Source of the DNA: Minutocellus sp. GHC0000111
Taxonomy: Eukaryota
Assembly (NCBI GenBank): GCA_977018835.1
Contig: OZ361256.1
Location: forward strand, 3,224,001-3,288,000
Reading direction: 5' to 3'
Length of the DNA stretch: 64,000 bases
Below, in pieces: positions 46,601 through 57,202 of the stretch. Every line of letters begins with the position of its first letter. The stretch's first letter is position 1. The position numbers and the translations under genes were made by a program. The notes beneath the pieces were generated by a model. The model saw only the letters and a program-made list of their open reading frames with translations, was not told the origin of the DNA and made no database searches.

Positions 46601-47904
46601 TCGTCGTAGAGGTTGAGAAGAGAGGGGAAAGTCTTTTTCTTACCAAGATCTCCCGAGGCCCCGACAATAACAATGATGAGGCCTCCTACACGCCAGCCTT
46701 CTTCCCGAATTGCATTTTGAGTGGATGCCGGAACGCCCTCATCCATGCTCATCGATCGACTAAGTACGCTCGGGGTAGAGTTGCCACTTTGATTCCCTCC
46801 ACTCTCAGGGATGGTCATCCTACTTCTGACGCGAGGCAAACTAGAGTTACGATGAAGAAGCAAATCAGCTGGTCCCCCAGAGTCCCTATGATCAAACGAA
46901 GAATTGAGGGGCACCGATGTCTCTTCACCAAATACACCCTGTTGTTCAGAAATGGAGTCACTTATTTTGGTGGCACCGGCTTCCGCTTCCTTTTGTTCGG
47001 CCTCATACTCGAGACGGCCCTCTCCAAGCGCACGGACGACAGCCTCTCTGTTGGGAAATTTGCTCAGCTTTGCAATATCTTCCGCTAAGAATCCTCGATT
47101 GTCGCGAACGAACAAAGCCTGGGGCCAAGCTGCTACAAGAATATTGATGATCTCTTTAGATGCACCCCACTGAGCGGCATAATGGAGGGGCAGTGCCCCA
47201 GCCGTAAAGGACCGATCGCCATTTGCAGGGAGAGGGTGGTAAGACGACACAGCGGCTGGATGTGCTGTGAGAAGGGCATAGATCACCGCCGGTGGAGGTT
47301 CTCTGGCGCAAGCCTGCGGACGAATACGAAAAAATAATGCGGGAGGCGAGTTCAGTTAGTTATGATCACGGAATCATCAATGCATCAATAAATGTAGCCC
47401 GAGCACGTTTCCAACTTGACTAACCTGATGCAAAGGGAGTACTTTCCAACGGATCGTCTTGCCATCGGATCCCAAACGATAGACCCACGTAGAGGCCTCT
47501 AAGGGCGCGTGTCTAGAACGTGTGATGACAGCCGACCAATCCCGGTTCTCGATGGCCCGATACAGGACCGTCGGTTCGACTTCGTAGTTCACCTCTCGCC
47601 GCCGAAATGGGGCATCAGTATGTGGGGATGAAATGCATTTTTCATCTGCGCTCGGTTTCTCTGGTTTAGTTGGAGTCGTTGGTACTGACGCCGATGCCGA
47701 TGGCGTAATTGGGCTAGAATCTTGTTGTTCCAAGAGCTGGGCTTGGCTATGAGAGAAGGGGGATGATGGCTCGTCAGCATCTGTGAGCTGAAGCGAGGCT
47801 GAAGCCGAACGGCAGGCACCTTCGGAACACAGCTCGTCGTCAGCGACCTCTGCGGTCTCTCCCGCAAGAAAGGCATAATTGCCTAGGCCAGTCGAGGTTG
47901 CCAT
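43670..47904 (-). pseudogene. Ankyrin-like repeats + glucose-6-phosphate dehydrogenase + 6-phosphogluconate dehydrogenase fusion; intron 47424-47314; frameshift at about 44400
   Basis: LPLH repeats. G6PDH motifs GASGDLGKKK, EKPFG, RIDHYLGKE and RDVVQNH. 6PGDH motifs NRT, SGG..GARHGP, KSVHNGLEY, RGGCIIR and RDYFGGHT. The frame switches from CLDAI to NSRNSG..SISAALNVRYLSS. Confidence 0.88.
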
Positions 47905-48178
47905 GGCGACCAATAGTGCGGTGATGGCGCCATGTAACCTTGCCTCTCGGCGGGTGTATCCTTTGCTCCCTGCTTCGCGTACTCGTATCTTTGGTGTCAG
48001 CTTTTCGGCGAAGCGAAGTGAACCTCACCGATCGCAGGCGCGACGGCGCGCGCGCGACCTCCGCCTTCGCGCAATCGCAAACCACCTCATCCATTGACGG
48101 GCATTGCAATTTGGAGAAACAACGACAACAACAACCTCATTTTATTCATGTGCGGAGCACAATAGTAAACAGTTCAAT

Positions 48179-48580
48179 ATGCCATCGCCCCCTGCTCCTC
48201 TTCAACCGGCAGTAGCCGTCGCACTATACCGTGCATTACTTCGCACCTGTCGCAAGGGCCAGCGCCCCGAGGTATTTGGGAAGCGCTCGATCTCGTCGTG
48301 GCTATCCGGCGTATCGTGCACGGGCAACTACACCGACGAGGACCCTCCCAAGCTACCCACGAATGCCGCATCGGCCCGATCCGAAATCAAGTGGTTGTTC
48401 CGAACCAACTGGGCCGAATAGGTGCTTTCTACGGCCGCTGATTTCAACGAGGAAGCCTCCACACCACAACCGTTTGAAGTGCTGCGGGAAGCGAATTTGA
48501 GAGCTGCAACACTGCTTCCCGACCAGCCCGATTTGCCGACCAAATTGCCAATATTTGCGTACGAGCATGCAGCACTCCAA
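48179..48580 (+). pseudogene. Truncated gene (LYR-like N-terminus, possible start of a LON substrate-binding-like domain) with an in-frame TAG
   Basis: ALYRALLR..SEIKWLFR..AE*VLST..LPTKLPIFAYEH, with TAG at 48419-48421. The sequence then runs directly into the antisense of the HSF coding region. Confidence 0.5.
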
Positions 48581-50812
48581 ATCTCGACCAAACTCAGTAT
48601 CGTCTTTGGCGTTTTCGACGGCTCCTAGATAATCGACGGGGTGTTCCCCTTCCACAGGAACATTGATCGGCGAGGATGGTAGCCACAATTCATCTGCGGC
48701 ATCAGCATCACGCCCAAGAAGATCCTGAGAAGTGGTGGACGACGGCTTCTTGATGTTGTACCAGTCTTCAACGAGAAGCTCGGCATCTCTTGCCTTCTGG
48801 TGGCTGCTTTCACCGGGGTGTTGATCCGGATCATCGTTGTCGTTCGGAACCATTGTGTTGGGAAAGTCCATCACCGATCTGGCCGATGCTGCCTTTTGCT
48901 GCTTCAACATATGTTGATGCATGTGAAAGGTAGAGGAAGAGAAGGCAGCAAAGGCTGGGATGGTGCTCTGAGCAGGGTTGCTGTAGAGGGGCGGAGGATG
49001 AACGTGCTCATGGAACGATGCGTGAGAAGACGATGGGTTGAACACACGCGGGGGTACGGGAGAGGGAGTGATTTCGTTGGGCTTGATATCGCTTGGGCGT
49101 TGGAAGGTAGGGTGCTGGCGGTGATACTCAAGCAGCGCCTGAGAAGGGACCGAGCCGCTCTTGATGGGCATCGGCGCTTCATCGCCACGATCTTCCACCA
49201 TTCCAGCACCAATGACAATGGGCTCAAAACTATTTGGCTCGATGAGAGGGATTGGCGAAATAATAATCTCGTGGGGCGGCGTCACCTCCGGCGAGGACGA
49301 CGAGTCACATGCCTTCTTGGACTTGCACTTTCGCTTCTTCTTCGACGGGGAAGGAGGTTTCTTCTTTGCATCGTTGGATTTCTTGGAAGCCTTCTTCTTG
49401 GCCGTAACCTTTTTCCCGTTGTCACTTGCAGCAAAAGCCTCAGCCTCGGCATCAATGGGGGGCATGCGGTAGAAATTAGGCTGATTTTTGGCGATTTCGG
49501 AGGGTTTGGGGCGATTGCCTCCGCCCTTCACCTCCACGCGGACCACACCGTCGATGAGATTTGGCTTGCCTCGGAGGAAACATTCGTGGTAGTATCCTCC
49601 AGCATCGGGGCCTTTAATCATTCTTGAGAATCCATACAGATTGAGCTGACGGTAGAAGCTCGTGATCTTGCTTTAGTTGAATCCACACGCAGGTAGGACT
49701 TCTTCGACGAATGCCTCGGTGTCGTTCACTCGGAAGGCACGGCCGTGGGGAAGCCAAGCGGCGATATCGGGATCGACCTCGTCGAGCATCTTATGTAGCT
49801 TGATTGGAAACTCGGCCTTCTTGGGGCTCTTGCCGTTCATGAGCCGCCCTGACCCACTGCCACTTCGCTTCAGCCTTGCAGCACGGCGACGGCCCCGCTT
49901 GGGTGGCGTAGATCTTCCATCCTCACACTCCTCGTCGGAAGTCTCATCAACAAAGGAAGACGAGAGCTTCTTCAGTTTACCCTGGGCAGCGAGAGTGGCC
50001 TGCCTCTTGGAAAGACGAACCGGACGATGGTGCTCTTCTTCATTGATGGGTTCTTCTTCGTTGCATGTAGCATCGTCGAGATCAATGCTCTGCACTTTTT
50101 CGCCAATACTAAGCGTACTGCCAGCTCGGCTGAGAGATGCCTTGATGCCGGCCCTCGTCTCGTCGTCCACAACATCGTCCTCGTTGGTACTATCGGAGCT
50201 CCAAGATTCCATAGGCTTGATATCGGAAGAGATCTGAGGGGCAAACGACACCGCGGTGGGGGTGTAGATCGTCCCCAGCTGCTTGGCGCGGATCTTGAGG
50301 ATGCAGTCTCGTCGATGGCGAATGAACTCATCGCTGGCGGTGCTGAGATCATGACAAGGTCGAAGCTGCCTATCGTTGGCCACGTCGTTGATGTCCTCTC
50401 TGGAGATATCATCATCGTCGCCGTTGATGGGCTCGCTACTCGTCTGGCCTGTCGCCTCAAACGACGCGGCCGCGAGGGCCTGCTTGGCCATGTGCTCGAT
50501 GCTCTTGCCCCGGATGACGGGACGTGGCGTTACCGCCTCGCCCGTCGACGACTCGTCTTCGTCTTGCTCGGTAATCAGCCTCGATGCAATGGGATCGGGT
50601 CGATCGACGACTGGTAGACTTGCACTCGTCGCATCTTGTACGGTGTCGTCTGGTACGAGAGTGGCAGATCCGTCAAGCCTTGCGGGCTCAGGAGAAGTCG
50701 AAGGTCCTTCGGCGAAGGCGAGATTGTTGGCGCTACTTTCGAGCAGCATGTGGTCCAAGCTTGATCTGCTGTGCGACGAGCCGGCGAGGACGTCGCCGAT
50801 CGGACCGCACAT
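48575..50812 (-). pseudogene. Heat-shock-factor (HSF-type DNA-binding domain) protein with an in-frame TAA inside the DBD
   Basis: FPIKLHKML..IAAWLPHGRAFRV..FVEEVLP..FN*SKITSFYRQLNLYGFSR..GGYYHECFLRG, with TAA at 49673-49675. The natural 3' end is apparently lost. Confidence 0.88.
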
Positions 50813-51059
50813 TGCGAGGCTGTCGATGGATTCCTCCGTGATTGATGGGAAGTTTAGGCCACAGCTAAGTCGATCTGTGCGCGGGATCGATCTGGCGATT
50901 GATTTTTCCAGGAGGCCAAACTATTTTTAGATCTCGTGGAGCGAAAAGCGACAAGAAAGGCGAACAATCGATGGGTCCGAACGCAGCAAGTGGATGTCGT
51001 CGTATCCTTATTGGTGCATAAAATGATGAAGGATTTCGGACGGCAGAGGAAAGATTAGG

Positions 51060-54000
51060 CTGTGTTCGAAGCAGTTCTTCACACCGCACAAAGCAATCTG
51101 TTGTGCATTTAAGAAAAAAGCAACAACACAAGCAGCAGTTCCGCTTCGTTCGCGGTGTTCAACCCACCTGGCCGATGTCAACTCAGTACACAAAAGGGCC
51201 ATTGTAACATTCACATGGAAATCATTTTGCTCTCAAAACCTCATGAAAAGTCACATTTGCGCGTCATCAACATTCTTTTTACCATCACTGACTTTCTGCA
51301 CACGACGGTCACCATCAGCCCTTGCGACATGCGAGAAAAATCTTTAGCTCAAGTTTTGTTAGCCTGCGACGCGTAGAAAGGGCCTTTGAGACACGATCTC
51401 ATCGAAGCGCCGAAAACTGCACAGAGAAAATGATGGGCGGCACCAAATCAGCACAATAGCCTACAGCGACTCAAAGAGCACAAAAGAGGCGAAGTGAAAG
51501 TCTGATGTTTATGGAATTTGTCCATTGTGCATGGGCACTAGAGCATTTGTGTGTCAGGAAAGCAAAGTTGACTTCAGTTGAGGTTGCTGTGCAAGGCAAA
51601 GTCTTGTCTGCTCGCACATGGGATCTACGGGAAAATGCAACATGCATGCACAGCACCATCTGCCAGCCGGATGACTCGCATGCTTTTGGTCGCACTTTCG
51701 GTGGCCGGCCGGCGCGCGAAGCAACCGACCGGCGCGCCCAACGCGAGCCACCATGGCGGCAAAAATTCAAATTGCCGCCGCTACGTGCAGAGCGAAGGCG
51801 ACATCTCGCGCTGGTGTGGGAGAATTGCGGCACGAGACCAACCAGGCACTCCCGACATCCTGGTGATGTTCCCGTTGGTCTCGATCCACAATTCTCCATG
51901 AGCAAAAAAAACAACGGCCGCAATCCCGCGGAGTTGGTCCCATTTTAGAGGTGAGGCACTTCAGGACATTGGAGATTTTGCTAACTTCGCTCGCGTTGTC
52001 GGACGACGGAAAGACCGACGTCCGTCCATTTTTTCTCCCGAACGAAGCTCATCATGGTGACCCCCGCTCCTGGCCGCTACACATTTGCAAGGCAAGATGT
52101 GGGCATTCCCGAGGCTGGCCGATGCCATTGCGCTACGCATGCGAAAGTTTCAGCTTGATTGGCATGCTGTTGTATGAGAAAATGTAAATCAAAACAATCA
52201 ACCTGTGTTCGAGCACGCGAAAAAGGGCCGCGGATGAGAAGTGATACCGTGAGAGCCACAGCCGCCCAATCCACCCAGAAATGCAGAGACACACGCCCAA
52301 GATATGCATGAAAATGTTTGTGTGGTTGATTGTTGTGGTTTTTGTTCGCATCCGCCCCCGAATCGGCCGCCAATGAGAGCAAATTTTCGTGCGTCGTCAT
52401 CGTTTTTTGTGCGTGATTTTTCCCCCTCGACAGCTCAGCCTGTGTGCGGAATTTTCGAGCCGGACCTTCGATGTCCCCAACCTTGAATGTGTCTAGAGTG
52501 GGGACGTAAGCGAGGCAGGCCGGCTCGATCAAGTCTTTTTGCCATGTTTCAGGGGAAAAGTTGGTCCGGCAGGAAATTGCGACTTTTCCCGTGCTTCGCC
52601 GCGTTGGAAACACGGACGACGGAAAGACGAATGTCCAGTTGGTCCAGCTTTAGGTGAGGCACTCATGGACATTCACACCCCGAATAATTGTCAAAAAGTT
52701 CCTCTAATCTTTTGGTTTGATTCACTCGACTGATTTAAAATCGCCGACTTCACCGACCATCATTGCCATCAACCCCGAGAATTCCCTGAGAAGAGATCTC
52801 TCATCTTGACTCATAACCTGATCGAGGTCGATCATCCCTCATCCCCAAAACGAAACGATGGCGCCATTCATCGGCTCGCATCAACTCTCTCAGTAGAGAT
52901 GAGGAGTTGCGCTCTCTTCGGTCCATAAAACAGACCATGCAGAGTATTTAGTGAGCTCGTTGCCTCTGTGTCACCAAAATTGATGGAGGAGATAGCTCCA
53001 CAAAATTGGTGTGGCGGAAGCTGTGGCGGGCGCGCCACCGCCGCCACTATTATGCCCGAGAGGCGGATGATTATGATGGCCGAGCTCGTCATTCCATCAC
53101 TCCCTCCACCCATGGATCAGCCAGATATTAGCATGTGCGAGGACTTTTTCAACTTTGAAAAAGTGCTGGCACAGGTGGTGTCGTGTCAAGGTCGAGCCTT
53201 TGCTAGCTGATCGCCTTCATCTTTCGTCGCGGCATCATTTATTTATGCCACCGACCAGCGCGAACAGCTGGAATGATATCTGTCAGGGAATACTTTTCGA
53301 AGGGACCAGCCCATCCCAGAATTTTCTGGGACGAGCTGGTCGTTCTTTATTTTTATTCAGAGGAGAATGAGACAGAATGATTGGCACATGTAGAGGAGAG
53401 AGGGATGAAGCACAGGACGCAAATTGGCACATTGGCACATGTACATGTACATGTGCCGTACGAATCAACAATCAACCGCCTTGATGGAAGAATTGGTAAG
53501 TGGTACGTGTTAAATATGTGTACATTCATTGCTCCTCTTCATCCTCGTCCCCCTCTTCATCTGATGAATCATCAATGGCCAACTCTTCATCATCACCATC
53601 TAATCCGGTTTCTTCCTCTTCTTTATCGCTATCCCCGCCCTCATCATCATCATAGGTAATAGTGCGATTCATGCACCCTCTTCTCTCAATCTCTTCGAGG
53701 ATTTGAGAATGGGCTTCCTCCCCGAGATACCGAGGATCTAGAGTAAGCACTTTGTTGCGATGGTCAGGATTCAAGCTCTGTCGATTGAGATTGTTGTCAT
53801 CAGATATTGGTAGCATTTTGATGTCGCCTGCCAGAACATGGGCAGTTTCAATGCTGTGGCACTTCGTGCTAGTTCTCTTTTGGGAAATGCTACGGCACTT
53901 CGTGCTGCTATGTTCGGCGCGTGTCTTTACGCAGGGAGCACTTTGGTTGTGGAATGGAAGCAATGCGCTGATGTGCATGTTGGTTGGCCGTTTGACATGC

Positions 54001-55250
54001 TGGTTGTTGGAAGACATGCTGCTGCTGCGGCGGCGGCGGCGGCGCACCGATCCGATTGCACTCTTGAACAGTTACATTTAGTTTAAAAAATTTAAAGATT
54101 CACATAGAGGAGTGGTGTAGCAGCATGTCAAAAAAGAATGACATGCATGCTGAAAATGTTGACATGCTGACGGTGATGAATTGTGGAAGATTCGTCATGT
54201 GTTCAGATTCACCTGTTGCCTCTCGGAAGAGACGCCAACCATCATGGGCATTGTAAGCTTGACATGCTGGACGTTTTTAGACATGCTGGTCTACATGCTG
54301 GGCGTTTTTTGAATGCTGCTGGTCGATTTCTTGACGACATTTGATGACATGCGGGTAGAATTGATTTGCTGCGGTTCGACACGCTGAACGTTTTGACATG
54401 CTGATGGTGGCATGGTTTGATGTGCCGCTGCGGTTTGATTGCTGCTGCGGCTTGATGTGCTGGTTGTTTTGACATCATGCTGCGGATTTGATGAGGCCAA
54501 TTTGACATGCTGGCGCGTGACTCATTGAATCTGAAGCACTCCCTTTTAAAATACAAAAAGTCAAATCCAAACTTTCCTCACGACGGGGAGTACCTGCTTC
54601 CACTTGTGAGATCTTTGTTTCGAATGCTGGCTTACTTTCTAAAATCTGAAACACGATCTGCCTGCTGCCCTGCCACAGCCGTCGTTCAAGTTGGCATCGC
54701 CAGAGTGCTGTGCTTTCTGTTTTGAAGCAAGGGAACACTTGCTTCGCCTGCTTTTTTTCTCCGAATGAAATGCGAGTCAGAAGCGACTCAAAATGATCAA
54801 GAAAGATCAAAAATGAAGCGGCATTCAATGCCGTCTTTTGCTGCTGCTTTCGTTCCGCGGTGTTCCACACGTCTCAGCCAAGATTCGGGCTGGCTCCCGC
54901 GGAACTTTTCAATGAAGCACCCTGCGGAGAGAGGGACCAGACTGTGCTTTGTGGCCTGTTCAATTTTATCTCTGGGCAGATGGCCGGCACAAAGCTGTCG
55001 ATCAGCACGTCAAGCGCTGCGCTAATTCGTCCCTTTTTGTGCGAGGCCACTTACAGCCTCAATCTCCACTTTCTGTCCTTCCTGCATCGTGTCGCGCACA
55101 GAGTCATCGCGCTTAGAAACATCGGGGTGTCCCGGAACGTGATGGTCCCGTCCCGGTCCATCAAATCATCTCCTTGTGACTGGATCGACTAACAGCACCT
55201 GCGTGTGAGAGATCGAGTGAGAAGGAGAGAGAGAGAAATGCTAGCTCGAG
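51060..55250. mobile_element. TpA-depleted non-coding island, probably degenerate repeat or transposon remnants (boundaries approximate)
   Basis: No credible long ORF. Internal direct repeats are present. No TA dinucleotide in 54358-54546 or 54642-54966, unlike the TA-rich intergenic DNA elsewhere. No transposase, TIR or LTR could be identified. Confidence 0.5.
53992..54512. repeat. Irregular array of TTGACATGCTG-like motifs
   Basis: Copies or variants at 53992, 54013, 54121 (inverted), 54159, 54259, 54280, 54292, 54378, 54393, 54417, 54452 and 54502. Confidence 0.85.
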
Positions 55251-55957
55251 CCAAGCAGGCGGGCTGCTGGCTCGGTGAGTTTAATGAGCTGGATCTCTTG
55301 ATCCAGTAGAACCATAGACCTAACTCAGTCTACCATTACCGATCTATTGCACGCCCATTTTCGAGAGACCGAGGTCAAGGGTGGAGCTTTTTTTCTGTCA
55401 CCCTACACCTGTGTCGTCGAGCGCTTGCCGGTGCCATTGCCCGAGGTCTCTCCCTGCACAAGAGGTCACGATTGCATTTTGTTCGAGGCTCGAGGGTAGA
55501 GGCAGCTACATGTAGGGTCGCTGAGGATGCAAAGAATCATTGTCAGAGTGTGGCGGATGCTCTAATGGTGTGACGGTTTCTCGGCACGTCATTCGAGTCG
55601 AGAACACGGTTACTACGAGCAATTTAGAGGCTTTAGAAGTGGACCTGAATGGCACTATGAGTAATTATTTGCGGCTATCCCTGCTTGTTCTAACCTACTT
55701 TCTTCACTATCCATCGCCTGATTATGTGAATAAATATAAAACGACTATGTAGAAAATCGTTATGTACATGTAAGGGCTGACAAAATCGAAAAACAAGAAA
55801 TCTCCTCTTGTTGTTACATACATGTAATACATAGGAAATGGCATGCATAAGAAATTTCTCTAAAGGGACAGGTGAAAGGTGTACAAAATACATAATAAAT
55901 TGTTTTGACAACAATGCGATGGTACGTGTAGCGCATGTGTAGCGGCTGAGCCGACCT

Positions 55958-57202
55958 TCAAGCCGACTTGGCGTAGACCTTCTTCATGGTGCAGGCGTGA
56001 GAATTTTGCAGTCGTAGGAAGACCTTGTGGCTGACCTCGGAGAGCAGTGCATATTCAAGCGCGGAGCAGCCGTCCTCGTCCTCGGCGATGATGGTGCTGT
56101 GGCTGGCTCGGATGAGAACTCGGATGGCGCGGGCGTCCATCTCCTTGCCATGGCTGCAGGCCAGCATGAGGGGCGTGCGGCCATATTCGTCTTGGATGGT
56201 GGCAGCCTCGGGGAAGCGATCCAGAAGAGCCTCGACGAGCTCACACGAATCCTCGGTGGGGTAGGTGGCGGCCACGTGGAGAGGGGTTTGGCCCCAGTCG
56301 TTTCGTTCCATAAAGGCCTCCTCGCGGCAATGGTAAAGAAAGTACTCGGCGATATCCAGTGGAGGGGTCTGGGCCAGTACGGTGAGGAGGATGTTCTGCT
56401 GAGTCGCTGCCTCGCGCATGATCTCGCGACCATCTTCTAGGTAGAGGACACTTCGTAGCCGGGCCCACTTGCTCTTGCTTTTGCTATTGATGACCTTGTT
56501 GATTATGGCCATTTTCTCAGCCTTCTTCTTCATTTTGATATCGCCTTCTTGGCCTTGGCTATCGAGCGATTGCTCGTTGGATGACGACGTGCTTGTAGTA
56601 GAAGTAACAGCGGAAGTAATACTGAGCTTCTGAAAATTTCTATCGACGGCCTTTTCGTTGACATCAACAGCCTCCTGTATGGAATTGTGTATCTCAGAGG
56701 ACACGGCAGTGGATGTGTCCTCAACAGGCGGCACCTCAGATTCGATACATTTATTTTGGCGGCGACGAACTGCTTCTTCTGAATCTGACGTGCCTTTGTC
56801 GTCGTTGGTTGTCTTGTCGGTTGTATCATGCTGAAGAAAGTTGGGTTGGACTTGTAGCTTTCTCAAGCTACGGCAAGAAAGACTCTGCATGTCACGACGG
56901 GCGAGTTGGCTTCGAGGACTGTGATTTGGTAGTTGCGGTAAACTCTGGATGCTTCTCGTCGAAGTGTTGCTTTCCTGGCGATGAAGGTCGCGGCGGCGGC
57001 TGGCATGTGCTGTTGGATTGTCGATGCGATACAGATCGGCGTCTCGCATCTGTTGCTCAGCGTTCATAGAAGCAATCGGAGCACGAATAAGACCGTCGGC
57101 CTTCAAGTTCATGGATGTGTGTGGCCCGCTTGCTTTCTTGCTTGCATTTGCAGCGATTGCGATTATTCGTGGCAATTGTGTGGCATCTTCATCAGATATC
57201 AT
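55958..57202 (-). CDS. Ankyrin-repeat protein with low-complexity N-terminus
   Basis: NDWGQTPLHVAA, DEYGRTPLMLAC and DEDGCSALEYAL. Confidence 0.85.
   Translation of the reverse strand: MISDEDATQLPRIIAIAANASKKASGPHTSMNLKADGLIRAPIASMNAEQQMRDADLYRIDNPTAHASRRRDLHRQESNTSTRSIQSLPQLPNHSPRSQLARRDMQSLSCRSLRKLQVQPNFLQHDTTDKTTNDDKGTSDSEEAVRRRQNKCIESEVPPVEDTSTAVSSEIHNSIQEAVDVNEKAVDRNFQKLSITSAVTSTTSTSSSNEQSLDSQGQEGDIKMKKKAEKMAIINKVINSKSKSKWARLRSVLYLEDGREIMREAATQQNILLTVLAQTPPLDIAEYFLYHCREEAFMERNDWGQTPLHVAATYPTEDSCELVEALLDRFPEAATIQDEYGRTPLMLACSHGKEMDARAIRVLIRASHSTIIAEDEDGCSALEYALLSEVSHKVFLRLQNSHACTMKKVYAKSA

Noticed and set aside
53992..54512. CRISPR array
   Set aside because: Repeats are only ~9-11 nt, spacing is irregular, there are no cas genes, and the context is eukaryotic.
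51055..55066. Possible terminal inverted repeats for the island (TAGGCTGT at ~51056 versus ~51460 or ~55055)
   Set aside because: Matches are short and imperfect, with no convincing target-site duplication.
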